Source: Mobula hypostoma (lineage: Eukaryota). Taken from it: a stretch of DNA of 64,000 nucleotides. Below the pieces are notes generated by a model that saw nothing but the letters and a program-made list of their open reading frames with translations, was not told the origin of the DNA and ran no database searches. Positions 1 through 12,077 of this stretch are shown one piece after another. Numbering within the stretch: the stretch's first letter is position 1; each line of letters starts with the position of its first letter. Where the stretch lies: positions 197,844,001-197,908,000 of the forward strand of contig NC_086097.1 in the NCBI RefSeq assembly GCF_963921235.1, in the 5' to 3' direction. A program made the position numbers and the translations under genes.

Positions 1-170
1 TTGCATGTGAGCTTGGTTTCTATGTTTAAGTGAAGTCTGGATAGGTATAAAGATATGGAGTGCTAAGGTCCTGGTGTAAGTGATGGGAATAGCAGTTTAC
101 ATGGTTTTGGCATGGACTAGATTGGCCAAAGGGCCTGTTTCTGTGCTGAACTTCTCTGTGACCATGACTA
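1..170 (+). mobile_element. CR1 LINE 3' end
   Basis: ggccaaagggcctgtttctgtgctg...ctctgtgaccatgact matches the CR1 3' tails at 42230-42275 and 44530-44580. Confidence 0.65.
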
Positions 171-599
171 AGTCATGAAATTTTTGAGCTCTACATGAGT
201 GCAGCAACATTTAAGTCACAGAGGAAGGAAAGGCTGTACAGTTCTGAAACAGAGATTGTTCTACATATCCCTCAAAAAGATAGATGTAGCCTGAGCTAAT
301 CCTAGTTCCCATATCTACAGCTTTGATCTGAAGAGAGTGAATGGAGTTTAAGATTAATTTGCTCAAATGCAAAGATGAATTCAGCCAGGTTAGTTAGTGT
401 GTTGGTGGAGGACACTAGCCTTTAGACTCTTCCAATTTGGCATAAAGGAGTAGTGGTAAACCAGAGAATTGGAAATGGGGTTAGCATAAACCAGAGAACT
501 GTCAAAATGGCAAAGGGCTTCATGGCAAAAGTGTGGAAGTTTCTCATATTTGTGGGAAGGGTCAGGACTATGAGTGAAGGGATGTAGTTGAGGTGGGGA

Positions 600-1010
600 A
601 AAATTATTTTGTCAGACAAAAACAGGTTAAAACAATGGATTAGTCTAGGGACATCCTGTTTCTGGTCTTGAACAGAAGGAACAACTGAGCTCTGCGGACA
701 TGGGCATTATGGCTGGAAGCTGTGGAGGGAAGGTTACCTGTCTGTCTGAGAGACAATGGGTGATATACTGTATTCAGAGGGAGGTATAATGATGTTGGAA
801 ATACTCAGCAGGTCAGGCTACATCTTTAGGAAGAGAAACAGAGTCAGTGTTTCTCTCCTACTACCCTCCTTTACAGGTATATAAGGATGTGTCTTGGAGC
901 TGATGCCTGACCTCTGTAAGAATGAGGTCAGATTGCCGTACCAAAGCAACAACATTCTTGTCAGCAGATCTGGTGATGCGTTTCAATGAATTCTCAGTTA
1001 TGTTTTATGA
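600..1010 (-). mobile_element. Old degenerate PLE fragments (RT region plus 3'-end piece)
   Basis: 630-770 resembles the PLE RT segment at 27340-27494; 790-855 resembles the PLE 3'-end motif (..tcagcaggtcaggc..catct..). Confidence 0.45.
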
Positions 1011-1469
1011 TTTTACTATTGCAGCTTTCTTTCAATCTTATTACCTTTAAAGATGTAAGAAAAGAAAGATTCAGAGGTGCGTGTTTGTTATACTGTGAGT
1101 TTTGTGATGAATTGAAAAGTATTCAATGAGCAGGCTGACTAATATAAACATAATATGTAATACCTCGAGACAATTCTGTGGTGCATATATTGCACTAAAT
1201 TAATATATAAGTGACTAAGATAAATTGGCTATGTTACAGAGATTTTGAATTTTAATCCCATTTCAACAACTTTGCCTGATTGTGACTGTGCTGGCAAACC
1301 TTCATGTTCAAAGATGAAGACAACAGTGGGAAGCAGAATCAGGTTTAATCGCCAAATGCGCTGTGTGCTCAGGTCAACATGAGAACAGCAAGCTGTCCAA
1401 TATGTTTCACAACTCTGAACGTTAGTTGGTTGACTGGCTGCTGCTTATTATGTTTTATGTGTTAGCATT

Positions 1470-1935
1470 TCTCATTTACGACGATATACTTGCTCTGGAG
1501 AATGTGAATTAATAAGTTCATTGGCTAGATTCCTGGGGTAAAGATGTTGACATATGATGGTATGTTGAGCAAGTTGACTGTAACCTCATTGGAGTCCAGA
1601 AGAATGAGAGAGAATCTTAAGGACACATATAAGATTATGAGAGGGATTGCTGTGAGATTTTTTTTCACTATTGAGAGCATTGAAAAGCTGAGATATAGTT
1701 TTAAAATAAAAGATTGTCACTTAAGACTGAGATGAGAGAGATTTCCTCTCTCAGTGGGATACATTTCATGTGACATTCTCTACCCTGAAGAACTGTTGTG
1801 GCAAAGTCTTAGGTGTATTTAAGATGGACATGAGGGGTAGAGAGAGGAAGGGGAAGTGGTGCTGAGGGTAAGATTGGATTGATCATGAACTTATTGTTTG
1901 GTGGAGCAGTTTTGAGGGGCTTTAGTATCTTATGT
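1470..1935 (+). mobile_element. Old CR1 3' fragment
   Basis: Translation SLESRRMRENLKDTYKIMRG matches the CR1 ORF2 C-terminus (SLE.RR.RGDLIE.YK). Confidence 0.7.
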
Positions 1936-2189
1936 ATCCACTATCATTTTAGTCTTCATTGCTGTGTTTCACAGCTATTATTAACATTATGTCTTTTGAG
2001 GTTTTGTTTAGTTAATTTCTTGCTTCCTGTGTAGTCTTTGATCCTATTGTACTATTTTGACATTATAGAGGCTTTCAATCAAACAATAACATCCCCAGCT
2101 TGCGTAGGAGCAATTATCTGAGGTTTCAAAAGATGCTTATATAAAATATTCTCCGAAGAGTCTCCAAAAAATTTACCAGAAAAACAGAA

Positions 2190-2560
2190 GAACATATGAA
2201 ATACAAGCAAGGGAGGGCCATTGGATCCTTTTGAGCTTGTGCTGTTTGTTGAAATCATGGCTCTTCTTGTACCTCATGTCCCAGGACTATTGCTACATCA
2301 CTTCACTTCCATAGTGCACAGAAATGTACGTGCAACGAAAACAGTGACTCAGCCTTCACAGTCCTCTCAGGTAGAGAATTCTGAGGGGACACTTCTTCTT
2401 CAAAAGATATCCCACCTGATCTTAGTCTTAGATGGTCTGCCCCTTATCTGAAACGAATCCTCTAAACATTTTCCCTGCATTTACCCTGGCAAGCCCTTAA
2501 GGAATTCTTTTGTATTTCAGTAAGATCTCCTTCAGTCTGTTAACCTCCGGAGAACAGTCA
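2190..2560 (-). mobile_element. Old CR1 3' fragment
   Basis: Begins aacatatgaaatacaagca..ggccatt, like the CR1 minus-strand tails at 20821 and 31328. Confidence 0.55.
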
Positions 2561-3911
2561 CAACTCAGTTTCTTTTGCACTGCAAACTCACCACCTTTGT
2601 TTTTAATGTTTGCACCTGCATGGTTATTCACAGGTAACTGAATTTTCATTACAGCAAATGCAAGAAAATAACTTCAATTAATTATCCAGTTTCTTTTTAT
2701 ACACTTAAATAATTTTCACTAATTTCCTTCAAACTTACTACCTTGTGATTAATAGAATAAAATATGAATGATAACACAAATTCAAAAGTTAGTGTGGATA
2801 TAATATAATGATGTTGGTGACTGGTTTATATGATATGACTGTGGACGAATGATGGCCACTCTAACCTCTACCAGCAAAACTACTAATCCTTTCAACAGAT
2901 GGTTTTTACATTACTACAAATAGGACCAAAATGTCTTTCACAGAACCTTTGCCTGCAGGTGATAGTGTGTGTTTAAACACCACATTTGATCCCCTACAGT
3001 TAAGATTTAAATCCATCTGAAAGGGATTATTATTAATTTTATTTTTTCACTGAGGAAAAGTGCACCCCATTGGCAAAACCAGCATTTATTAGCCATCCTT
3101 GGCAACTTTTCAGAAAGAGAAAGAGAGGTTTTTTGTACTGAAGTACTCAAGTAATAAAGTTAAAAAGGGAGTTTAACAGATTGTCACCCAGCAAATAAGA
3201 GTGGCAATAAATAGCAAGACAAAATGGTTTGAGGCTTGGAGGAAAACTTGCATGCAGGAGTATGTTCTAATCTGCCCATATCTTTCATGTAGTAGAGATA
3301 ATGAGCTTTTTGAGGCTCTATCAAAGGAGCCTTGATACATGGTCATGATGTATTCTGCAATGGTATACTTAATAGTTTCAGTGCACTGTTAGGGCAAGTA
3401 AATAATTAAGGTGGTGTAAGAATGCCTTTTAAGTGAACTTTATTGCTTTGGATAATATTTGTTCTTTTTTTCAAAGATAATTTTGGTGAGAGAGAAATAT
3501 TTCAACTCCTACTGTGCCTTGTAGATAAAGAAAAGTCTTTGGAAGGCCGGAGAGTCACTCTCTAGAGAGTACCCAGCTCCAGTCTGTTCTTGTCATCAAT
3601 ATTATTGAGGCTGGTCCTGTTAAATTAATGGATTCTGTTCGTGAAGTTAATGAACAATTCTGTCAAGGGGAAGCACATGCCTTTTCTTTTATAAATGTAA
3701 ATTTCCTTGGACTTCATTGGTGTGAATGTTGCTATGTAAAGCTCAAGCTAAAATGTTGTCCAAATTTTACAGAAGGGCACAGACTGCTCAGTTATCTGAG
3801 GAATTGCATACTATTGAATGAAATACTTTTTGTATTAGGTCCAAGAAGAAGCCAAACGAATCAACATGCACTTAATCCAGCAGGCCAGGCAGCATCTCTA
3901 GGAAGAGGTAC

Positions 3912-3947
3912 AGTCGACGTTTCAGGCTGAGACCCTTTGTCAGGACT
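3912..3947 (-). ncRNA. Minimal type I hammerhead ribozyme motif, core mutated (CUGACAA)
   Basis: Reverse complement reads AGTC CTGACAA AGG GTCTCAG CCT GAAA CG TC GACT; a conserved core G is lost, probably by CpG decay. Confidence 0.75.
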
Positions 3948-4248
3948 AACTGAAGGAAGAGTTAGTAAGAGATTTGAAAGTGGGAGGGGGAGGGGGAGGG
4001 GGAGATCCAAAATGATAGGAGAAGACAGGAGGGGGAGGGATGGAGCCAAGAGCTGGACAGGTGATTGGCAAAGGGGATATGAGAGGATCATGGGACAGGA
4101 GGCCCGGGGAGAAAGACGGTGGGGGGGGGGGACCCGGAGGATGGGCAAGGGGTATAGTCAGAGGGACAGAGGGAGAAAAAGGAGAGTGAGAGAAAGAATG
4201 TGTGTATAAAAATAAATAATGGATGGGGTACGAGGGGGAGGTGGGGCA

Positions 4249-4992
4249 TTAGCGGAAGTTAGAGAAGTCAATGTTCATGCTATCAAGTTGGAGGCTACCC
4301 AGACGGAATATAAGGTGTTGTTCCTCCAACCTGAGTGTGGCTTCATCCTTACAGTAGAGGAGGCCATGGATAGACATGTCAGAATGGGAATGGGATGTGG
4401 AATTAAAATGTGTGACCACTGGGAGATCCTGCTTTCTCTGGCGGACAGAGCGTAGGTGTTCAGCAAAGCGGTCTCCCAGTCTGCGTCGGGTCTCGCCAAT
4501 ATATAGAAGGCCACATTGGAAGCACCAGACACAGTATATTACCCCAGCCGACTCACAGGTGAAGTGTCGCCTCACCTGGAAGGACTGTCTGGGGCCCTGA
4601 ATGGTGGTAAGGGAGGAAGTGTAAGGGCATGTGTAGCACTTGTTCCGCTTACAAGGATAAGTGCCAGGAGGGAGATGAGTGGGGAGTGATGGGGGGGACG
4701 AATGGACAAGGGAGTCGCGTAGGGAGCGATCCCTGCGGAAAGTGGGGGGGTGGGAAGGGAAAGATGTGCTTAGTGGTTGGATCCCATTGGAGGTGGCGGA
4801 AGTTACGGAGAATAATATGTTGGACCCAGAGGCTGGTGGGGTGGTAGGTGAGGACCAGGGGAACCCTATTCCTGGTGGGGTGGCGGGAGGATGGAGTGAG
4901 AGCAGATGTGCGTGAAATGGGGGAGATGCGTTTGAGAGCAGAGTTGATGGTGGAGGAAGGGAAGCCCCTTTTTTTTTAAAAAAGGAGGACAT
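4249..4992 (-). pseudogene. PLE ORF C-terminal fragment: RT thumb remnant, Cys-rich linker, GIY-YIG endonuclease (Neptune-like linker)
   Basis: PPGTYPCKRNKCYTC...HFTCESAGVIYCVWCFQCGLLYIGETRRRLGDRFAEHLRSV...LEEQHLIFRLGSLQLDSMN; frameshifted upstream. Confidence 0.9.
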
Positions 4993-6379
4993 CTCCCTCG
5001 TCCTAGAATGAAAAGCCTCATCCTGAGAGCAGATGAGGCGGAGACGGAGGAATTGCGAGAAGGGGATGGCATTTTTGCAAGAGACAGGGTGAGAAGAGGA
5101 ATAGTCCAGGTAACTGTGAGAGTCAGTAGGCTTATAGTAGACATCCGTAGATAAGCTGTCTCCAGAGATAGAGACAGAAAGATCTAGAAAGGGGAGGAAG
5201 GTGTCAGAAATGGACCAGGTAAACTTGAGGGCAGGGTGAAAGTTGGAGGCAAAGCTAATGAAGTCAACAAGCTCAGCATGTGTGCAGGAAGCAGCGCCAA
5301 TGCAGTCGTCGATGTAGCGAAGGAAAAGTGGGGGACAGATACCAGAATAGGTTTTTTAAAGAAAGGGGCTTCCCTTCCTCCACCATCAACTCTGCTCTCA
5401 AACGCATCTCCCCCATTTCACACACATCTGCTCTCACTCCATCCTCCCGCCACCCCACTAGGAATAGGGTTCCCCTGGTCCTCACCTACCACCCCACCAG
5501 CCTCCGGGTCCAACATGTTATTCTCCTTAACTTCCGCCACCTCCAACGGGATCCAACCACTAAGCACATCTTTCCCTCCCCCCCCTCCCTGCTTTCTGCA
5601 GGGATCGCTCCCTACACGACTCCCTTGTCCATTCGTCCCCCCCATCCCTCCCCACTGATCTCCCTCCTGGCACTTATCCTTGTAAGTGGAACAAGTGCTA
5701 CACATGCCCTTACACTTCCTCCCTTACCACCATTCAGGGCCCCAGACAGTCCTTCCAGGTGAGGCGACACTTCACCTGTGAGTCGGCTGGGGTGATATAC
5801 TGTGTCCGGTGCTCCTGATGTGGCCTTCTATATATTGGCGAGACCCGACGCAGACTGGAAGACCGATTTGCTGAACACCTACGCTCTGTCCGCCAGAGAA
5901 AGCAGGATCTCCCAGTGGTCACACATTTTAATTCCACATCCCATTCCCATTCTGACATGTCTATCCACGGCCTCCTCTACTGTAAAGATGAAGCCACACT
6001 CAGGTTGGAGGAACAGCACCTTATATTCCGTCTGGGTAGCCTCCAACCTGATGGCATGAACATTGACTTCTCTAACTTCCGTTAATGCCCCACCTCCCCC
6101 TCGTACCCTGTCCGTTATTTATTTTTATAAACACATTCTTTCTCTCACTCTCCTTTTCCTCCCTCTGTCCCTCTGACTATACCCCTTGCCCATCCTCTGG
6201 GTCCGCCCCCCTCTTGTCTTTCTTCCCGGACCTCCTGTCCCATGATCCTCTCATATCCCCTTTGCCAATCACCTGTCAAGCTCTTGGCTCCATCCCTCCC
6301 CCTCCTGTCTTCTCCTATTATTTTGGATCTCCCCCTCCCCCTCCCACTTTCAAATCTCTTACTAACTCTTCCTTCAGTT

Positions 6380-6415
6380 AGTCCTGATGAAGGGTCTCAG
6401 CCTGAAACGTCGACT
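6380..6415 (+). ncRNA. Minimal type I hammerhead ribozyme motif
   Basis: AGTC (stem I) CTGATGA AGG-GTCTCAG-CCT (stem II) GAAA CG TC GACT (stem I'); predicted cleavage after GUC at 6411. Confidence 0.85.
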
Positions 6416-6879
6416 GTACCTCTTCCTAGAGATGCTGCCTGGCCTGCTGCGTTCACCAGCAACTTTGATGTGTGTTGCTTGAATTTCCAGCATCTGCAGA
6501 ATTCCTGTTGTTAACATGCTCTTAATTGAGCTTTCATTTGTCACTTGGCTGATAGTTCACACTTTGTTGGCTGGAATTAATTTCTCTTTTGCATTTTGTG
6601 GATGGAATATACATACATTTTTATAGTTAGATGTGTAAGTACTAGAGATAAAATATAACATTTGGGAATGGGTAGGACTAGTTCCTGACCACAAGTCTTC
6701 AACTGGGACATTGTAGATTCAAAGGTTTTGCTCTATCCCGTGTGATTAGTTATCACACATGGGAAAAAAATTAGGTGAAGATTGGTGAGATGACTCAACC
6801 ACTTTCCCTCTACCAAAGGTGGTTTCAAACATGTTAGTGTTGCCTTTTATTAGATAGTCCTATATTCAGTCATTATAAC

Positions 6880-7190
6880 ACGATAGAGTGCAGCACAGGA
6901 ATAGGTCCTTTATCCACAATATGATGCCAATTTCATTCATTCAAGCTGCAGAGGTCCATGCCCACCTATTCCCTGTCTTCTTAAATGTTTGTCTAAAATC
7001 TTCTTAAATGTTGCTGTCATATCTGCTTCTACCATGAGCCTTGGCAGGTTTGAGGCAGATGCATAGGCCAGGCACATATGTGTGAAAAAAACTTGCTTTG
7101 TATTTGACATTTCCACCTGGGGATAAAATCTCTGACCATTTACTGTGTCTATAGTGAAGAAGTAATTGTAGATCTTTAACAATTGGATGT
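6880..7190 (-). mobile_element. Old CR1 3' fragment
   Basis: cagcacaggaataggtcc tail motif; translation ..LPRLMVEADMTATFKKILDKHL resembles the CR1 ORF2 end. Confidence 0.6.
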
Positions 7191-7210
7191 GTCAGGACAG
7201 CAGAATTTTA

Positions 7211-7450
7211 AAACGAGAAAATCTGCAGATACTCGAAATCCACACAACACACACAAAATGATGGAGGAACTCAGCAGGTTAGGCAGCACCTATGGAAGAG
7301 AGTACAGTCGACGTCTCGGGCCGAGATGTTTCGGCAGGGCTACTTCTCCCTGACCTAGCCTGGTGAAGGGTCTCGGCCCAAAAACATTGACTGAACTCTT
7401 TTTCATAGATGCTGTCTGGCCTGCTGAGTTCCTCCAGCATTATGTGTGCT
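7211..7450. mobile_element. Older PLE-derived mini-palindrome (~240 bp) made of two inverted 3' ends
   Basis: Left arm atctgcagat..gaactcagcagg..gtcgacgtctcgggccgaga; right arm ..gaagggtctcggccc..gatgctgtctggcctgctgagttcctccagca. TSD GCAGAATTTTA at 7200-7210 and 7451-7461. Confidence 0.8.
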
Positions 7451-7949
7451 GCAGAATTTTATTTTGATCCTTTTCATAGCATGAAGCTTCTATTATTTAG
7501 CATGAATGGAAATAAGTTGACTCAAGACTCAAAAAATACACATAATCTTTCAATATGGTCAACTGAGCTATATTCACTTTTCTGCCCCCACCTTCCTAAT
7601 AAACGTAAGGAATTCAAGACTCCCTTGTGAAATGGAGCATCTGCACTATAATTTAACCAAACTGTCATGGCATTGTTAGGTTCGCGTGATGCTGCTCCTG
7701 GCATCATCTTTGACAATCACCATTGTACAGCTCAATGCATGCTATAATCCTTATGCCCTCACAAATCAATGTCCAATCTTCCATTGTCCAATTTACAGTG
7801 CATCTTGCTGTTCCAAACTTTTTTCTTATTCACTTTTTGAAGTAATGCGTATTTAATGTCCTTCAAATGAATTTTCACCTTCCCATAATACTGCAATAAT
7901 TTCAAATCAAACGCCATTACCTGATTATCTCCAATTGCTGACATCAGCT

Positions 7950-10145
7950 GGCTCAACTTCAGGACTCCTCACTGCTCACTCCTCCTTGAACCTTACCTCC
8001 TCTGAAGGCACTGCCCTCCACTTTGTCTGCACCAATCCCAATCTTGCTATCAAACTCACGAAGAGGGGGCGTGTTGCAGTGTGACTTCGAAGTTGCTGAG
8101 AACAGATGGCAACTTTCAGACACCACCTTTTACCTACCCCTTAAAGAGCACCCCACTCTAGACCTTCAGAAAACTGACTCCAACACCATCACTGACCTCA
8201 TCAACACTAGAGGACTCCCATCCACTGCCACCAAACTGATAGTTTCCTTTCCCCACACTGCTTGCTTCAACCTACTACCCAAGGTCTATAAAGCTGACTG
8301 CCCAGGTAGGCCCATGGTCTCTGCCTGCTTTTGCCCCACTGGACTCATGTTCTCATACCTCGACTCCATACTATCCTCCTTGATACAGTGCTTACCCACC
8401 TACATCCATGACACTTCTCATGCTCGCGATCTCATCACTAACTTTAAATTCCCTGGCCCAACCACCTCATTTTCACTATGGATGTCCCTATACATGCCTA
8501 TCCCCCATCAAGAAGTCCTTAAAGTTCTCCATTTATTTCTCAATAAAAGAACCAACCTGTTCCTCTCCAGCACCATCCACCTCAGTCTAGCTGAACCCTC
8601 AAGAATTTCTCCTCTGGCTCCTCCCACCTTCTGCAGACTCAGAGGGTATCTTTGGGCACTCACATGCCTTTTCGCTGGCTAAGTAGACACTCTATGTTCC
8701 AAGCCTTCCATGGTAATATTCCCCACCTCTTCCTCCACTATATCTATGGCTCCATTGGTGCTGCTTCATGCACCCATACTGAGTTCATCAATTTCATCAA
8801 CTCTGTCTCCAACTTCCACCCTGCCGTTAGTCACTTGGTCCATTTCTGACACCTCCCTCCCCTTTCTTGATCTCTCTGCCTCCATCTCTGGTGACAAACT
8901 GTCAACTGACATCTGTTATAAATCTGCCGATTCCTATGGCTATCTTTACTTCTTCCCACCCTGTCTCCTGTAAAATTGCTATTCCCTTTTCTCATTTCCT
9001 TCATCTCCATTACATCTGTTCCCAGGATGAGGTTTCCTTTGCAGGACATCAAAGATGTTCTCCTTCTTCAAAGAACGAGGTTTCCCTTCCTCTGTTATTG
9101 ATTCTGCCCTCACCAGCATCTCCTCCATTTCCTGAACATCCACACTCAACCCATCTTCCCACCACCTTAACAGTGATAGAGTTCTTCTTGTCTTTACGTA
9201 CCACCTCAAGAGCTTCTGCATCCAACACATTGTTGTCTGCAACTTCCGCCGTCTCCAAGGGGATCCTACCACCAAGCATATCTTTACCTCTCCACCTCTT
9301 TTTGCTTTCCATGGGGATCGCAATGTCTGTGATTTCCTTGTCTATTTGTCCCTTCCCGCATGTTTTCCTGCAAGTAACCAAAGGGCTACACCTGCCTATT
9401 CACCTCCTTTGTCACCTCCATTCAGGGCCACAAACAGTCCTTCCAGGTGAGGCAACCCTTCACCTGCAAATCTTTTGGATTCCCCTGTTACGATGAGTGT
9501 TCCTGATGCAGCCTCCTCTATATTGCTGAAACCTGTTGTAAGTTGGGGACCGCTTTGAGGAACACCTCTGCTCCATCTACCAACAGCGGAATTTCCTGGT
9601 GGCCAAACATTTTATTTCTGATTCTCATTCACGTTCTGACATGCTGGTCCATGACCTCCGCTTGTGCTATGATTGCGTCACTCTCGGGATGGAGGAACAA
9701 CATTGCTATTGGTAGCTTTCAACCTGATGGCATTAATATTGATTTCTCCTTCTGGTAAAAAAAAATGGTTTCCCTCCCTCTTCTTCTATTTCCCACTCTG
9801 GCCTCTTATCTCTTCTCACCTGCCTATCACTTCCCTCGGTGTCCCTCCTCCATCCCTTTCTCCTGTGGTCAACTCTTCTGTCCTACCAGATTCCTTCCTC
9901 TCCAGCCCTTTACCTTTCCTACCCACATGGCTTCTCCTGTCACTTTCTAGCTATCCTCCTTCCCTCCACCTACCTTTTTATTCTGGCATTTTCCCCTTCC
10001 TTTACAGTCCTGAAGAAAGGTCTCAGCATGAAATGTTGACAGCTTATTTATTTCTGTGGATGCTGCCTGACCTGCTGAGTTGCTCTAGCATTGTGTGTGT
10101 GTGTTGCTTTGGATTTCCAGCATCTGCAGAATTTCTTGTGTTTAT
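7950..10145 (+). mobile_element. Older decayed PLE (RT, GIY-YIG, 3' end with hammerhead remnant at ~10006-10041)
   Basis: ORF pieces LLPKVYKADCPGRPMVS, FLHYIYG, HPVSCKIAIPFSHFL; 3' end agtcctgaagaaaggtctcagcatgaaatgttgaca..gatgctgcctgacctgctgagtt..cagcatctgcaga. Confidence 0.85.
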
Positions 10146-10774
10146 CATTAGCTTTCCATCTGGAAGAGACTGTACAGAGCCGATTTGTTATTTATTCAGT
10201 GGTGTCAGTAGAATCACCTGACATAATTTTCTTCCTGCATTTGGACTGTTATCTTTAGTGTCCTCCAAGGAATTATCTTTGGTTCCCTGTTCCTCATTAT
10301 CCACATGTGTACCCTTGACAACACTAGAAATACAGTGTCAATTTCAATGTGCATGCTGTCACCGAATTCTATTTCACAAGTTCTGAACTCCTTCTCCTTG
10401 TTAGTATGGTGGCAGGAGAGTATGTTTTACTTAAGTGGTTCATATCGAAGAGATATGGATCTTAAACCAACTCATTTCCATGAGGTTGCAGTACTGATTA
10501 AGCACAAGCATGTCTTTTCCATGTTTAAATAAAACAAGCATGTAAGGAAATCCATTTCAACAGCCCAGCAATAGGAAATACATTCCTCCGTCTTAAGTTC
10601 TTTGGTTCAAAAATTTTTTTTTGATTTTTGAGGATAAACGGAATAGCATAATTATATAGCACTATTGCTCTAAAGTCCCATGTTATAAATGGAATAGGAA
10701 TATGTAGTGTCACAAGAATATTTCCTCACAGAATGGCTGAGGAAGAGAGCAAGGTATTGTCAGTGCCAAACTAT

Positions 10775-11075
10775 AGAGTAGTGGTTAGCAAAATGCTTTA
10801 CAGCACCGGCAATCACCGATCGGGATTCAATTATTGCCACTGCCTGTAAGGAATTTGTACATTCTCTCCATAACCATGAGTGCTCTAGTTTCTTCCCACA
10901 ATACAAAGACCTACAGTTACGATTAGTGAGTTGTGGTCATGCTATGTTGGCATTGGAAGTATGGCAACACTTGCGGGCTGCCCCAGTACAATCCTCGGAC
11001 TATGTTGGTCAGTAACACGTATGACACATTTCATTTTATGTTTCGATGTACATGTGACAAATAAAGGTAATCTTT
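10775..11075 (+). mobile_element. tRNA-derived V-SINE (HE1-like)
   Basis: A-box-like gtagtggttagc, B-box-like gattcaatt, V-domain-like ggaatttgtacattctctcc..tttcttcccaca..aaagac, tail acatgtgacaaataaag. Paralog at 12078. Confidence 0.7.
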
Positions 11076-12077
11076 ATTTATAAGCTTGGATCTTTTTTTT
11101 AGCAAAATACTATGATTAAAATGGCTGCAAGTGAGTACAATTTCCAAGGTGAGAACAAAATTAGGTGACTTGAAAAAGGAGATAAAATGCTCTAGGTCCA
11201 GTTTCTAACAATGCCATCAAATTCTAATGTTTGTATAATCTCCAGTGCTATTTGAAAGCATAGTTGAATTTTGTTATGCACAGTATATTAGAAAAGGCTG
11301 AAAAGACTTTAAATGGGATTGAAGGATATCAATCCTATTAATTCTGACAATGTTAAAATATTAAAAGAAGCAGTATTATATGTAGAATTCAGTTCTTTAA
11401 ATATGTAGTCAATAATAATCAGGTTAGAATTTTATTTGACTGTGTATTCACAAATTTTGTTCGATCTTTATTTATTCCATTGTCAATTTGAGGCCTTTCT
11501 TTATCCTTTCAATATCTAAATATGGTACAAAATAGGCTTTCTGGGAATTTTTATTGTGCCATTTTCAGTATTGAAAGTGTACATTATACATGGATTTTAC
11601 AAATCTTTTTCAGATTCCACTTCAAAATGAAAGTTGTCATTAGTTTTACAATTTAATATTATTGTGGTAGTTAACAGTTTAATTATATTAATGAAGATTC
11701 ATTTTTATGCTACCGGAGCAAGTTGTAGTAATGTAATAATTTTATCAATCAAGTAGATTGCAATAAAAATTACTTTCTAAAAGCTGCCATCCTATCAGTT
11801 AGCTCTTAAGGCATTTCACAAGACTGACTATTTAATTTATTTGTGAGATGATACTGAGTATAAAGTTTACTTTTGTTATATGCCGCATATAATACAGTTC
11901 ATAGTTGCCTCTTTAAGTAGCATATACCTTTTTTTCCCTGTTTGATTTACTTTCTTGAGGACTTCCGTGTTCACAGTTAATTGGTGAATCAAGACCTGTG
12001 AATTGGGACAAAAATGTTTTCTTTTGTTTCAGCCTATAGTATTTTTAATTTAACAATTGATTATCAATCTGAAGTAG

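Larger units (their letters stand above)
3878..6512. mobile_element. Young Penelope-like element (PLE) insertion, tail-out inverted structure: minus arm ~3878-5351, plus arm ~5352-6512
   Basis: ORF 4249-4992(-) encodes the Cys linker (CKRNKCYTC) and GIY-YIG endonuclease (VIYC..C..C..LYIGET..RL..RF.EH). The same sequence reads on + at 5352-6085. Flanked by a 14-bp TSD AACATGC(A/T)CTTAAT at 3863-3876 and 6513-6526. Confidence 0.93.

Noticed and set aside
2899..2958. Possible 60-nt exon (ttcaacAG ... cagGTgata)
   Set aside because: Weak donor site, no recognisable peptide and no partner exons; could be chance.
3628..4209. Recurrent short ORFs (NAAGQAAS.GRG.VDVSG / SPDEGS.PETST) at several loci
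   Set aside because: Readings of the non-coding PLE 3' end and hammerhead; they recur because the repeat recurs.
5816..5818. In-frame TGA in the GIY-YIG CxxC motif (CS*C), also near 9504, suggesting selenocysteine as in Naiad PLEs
   Set aside because: The copies at ~26098 and ~51812 have CGA (Arg) at this codon, so it is CpG decay at a non-Cys position; no SECIS was recognised.
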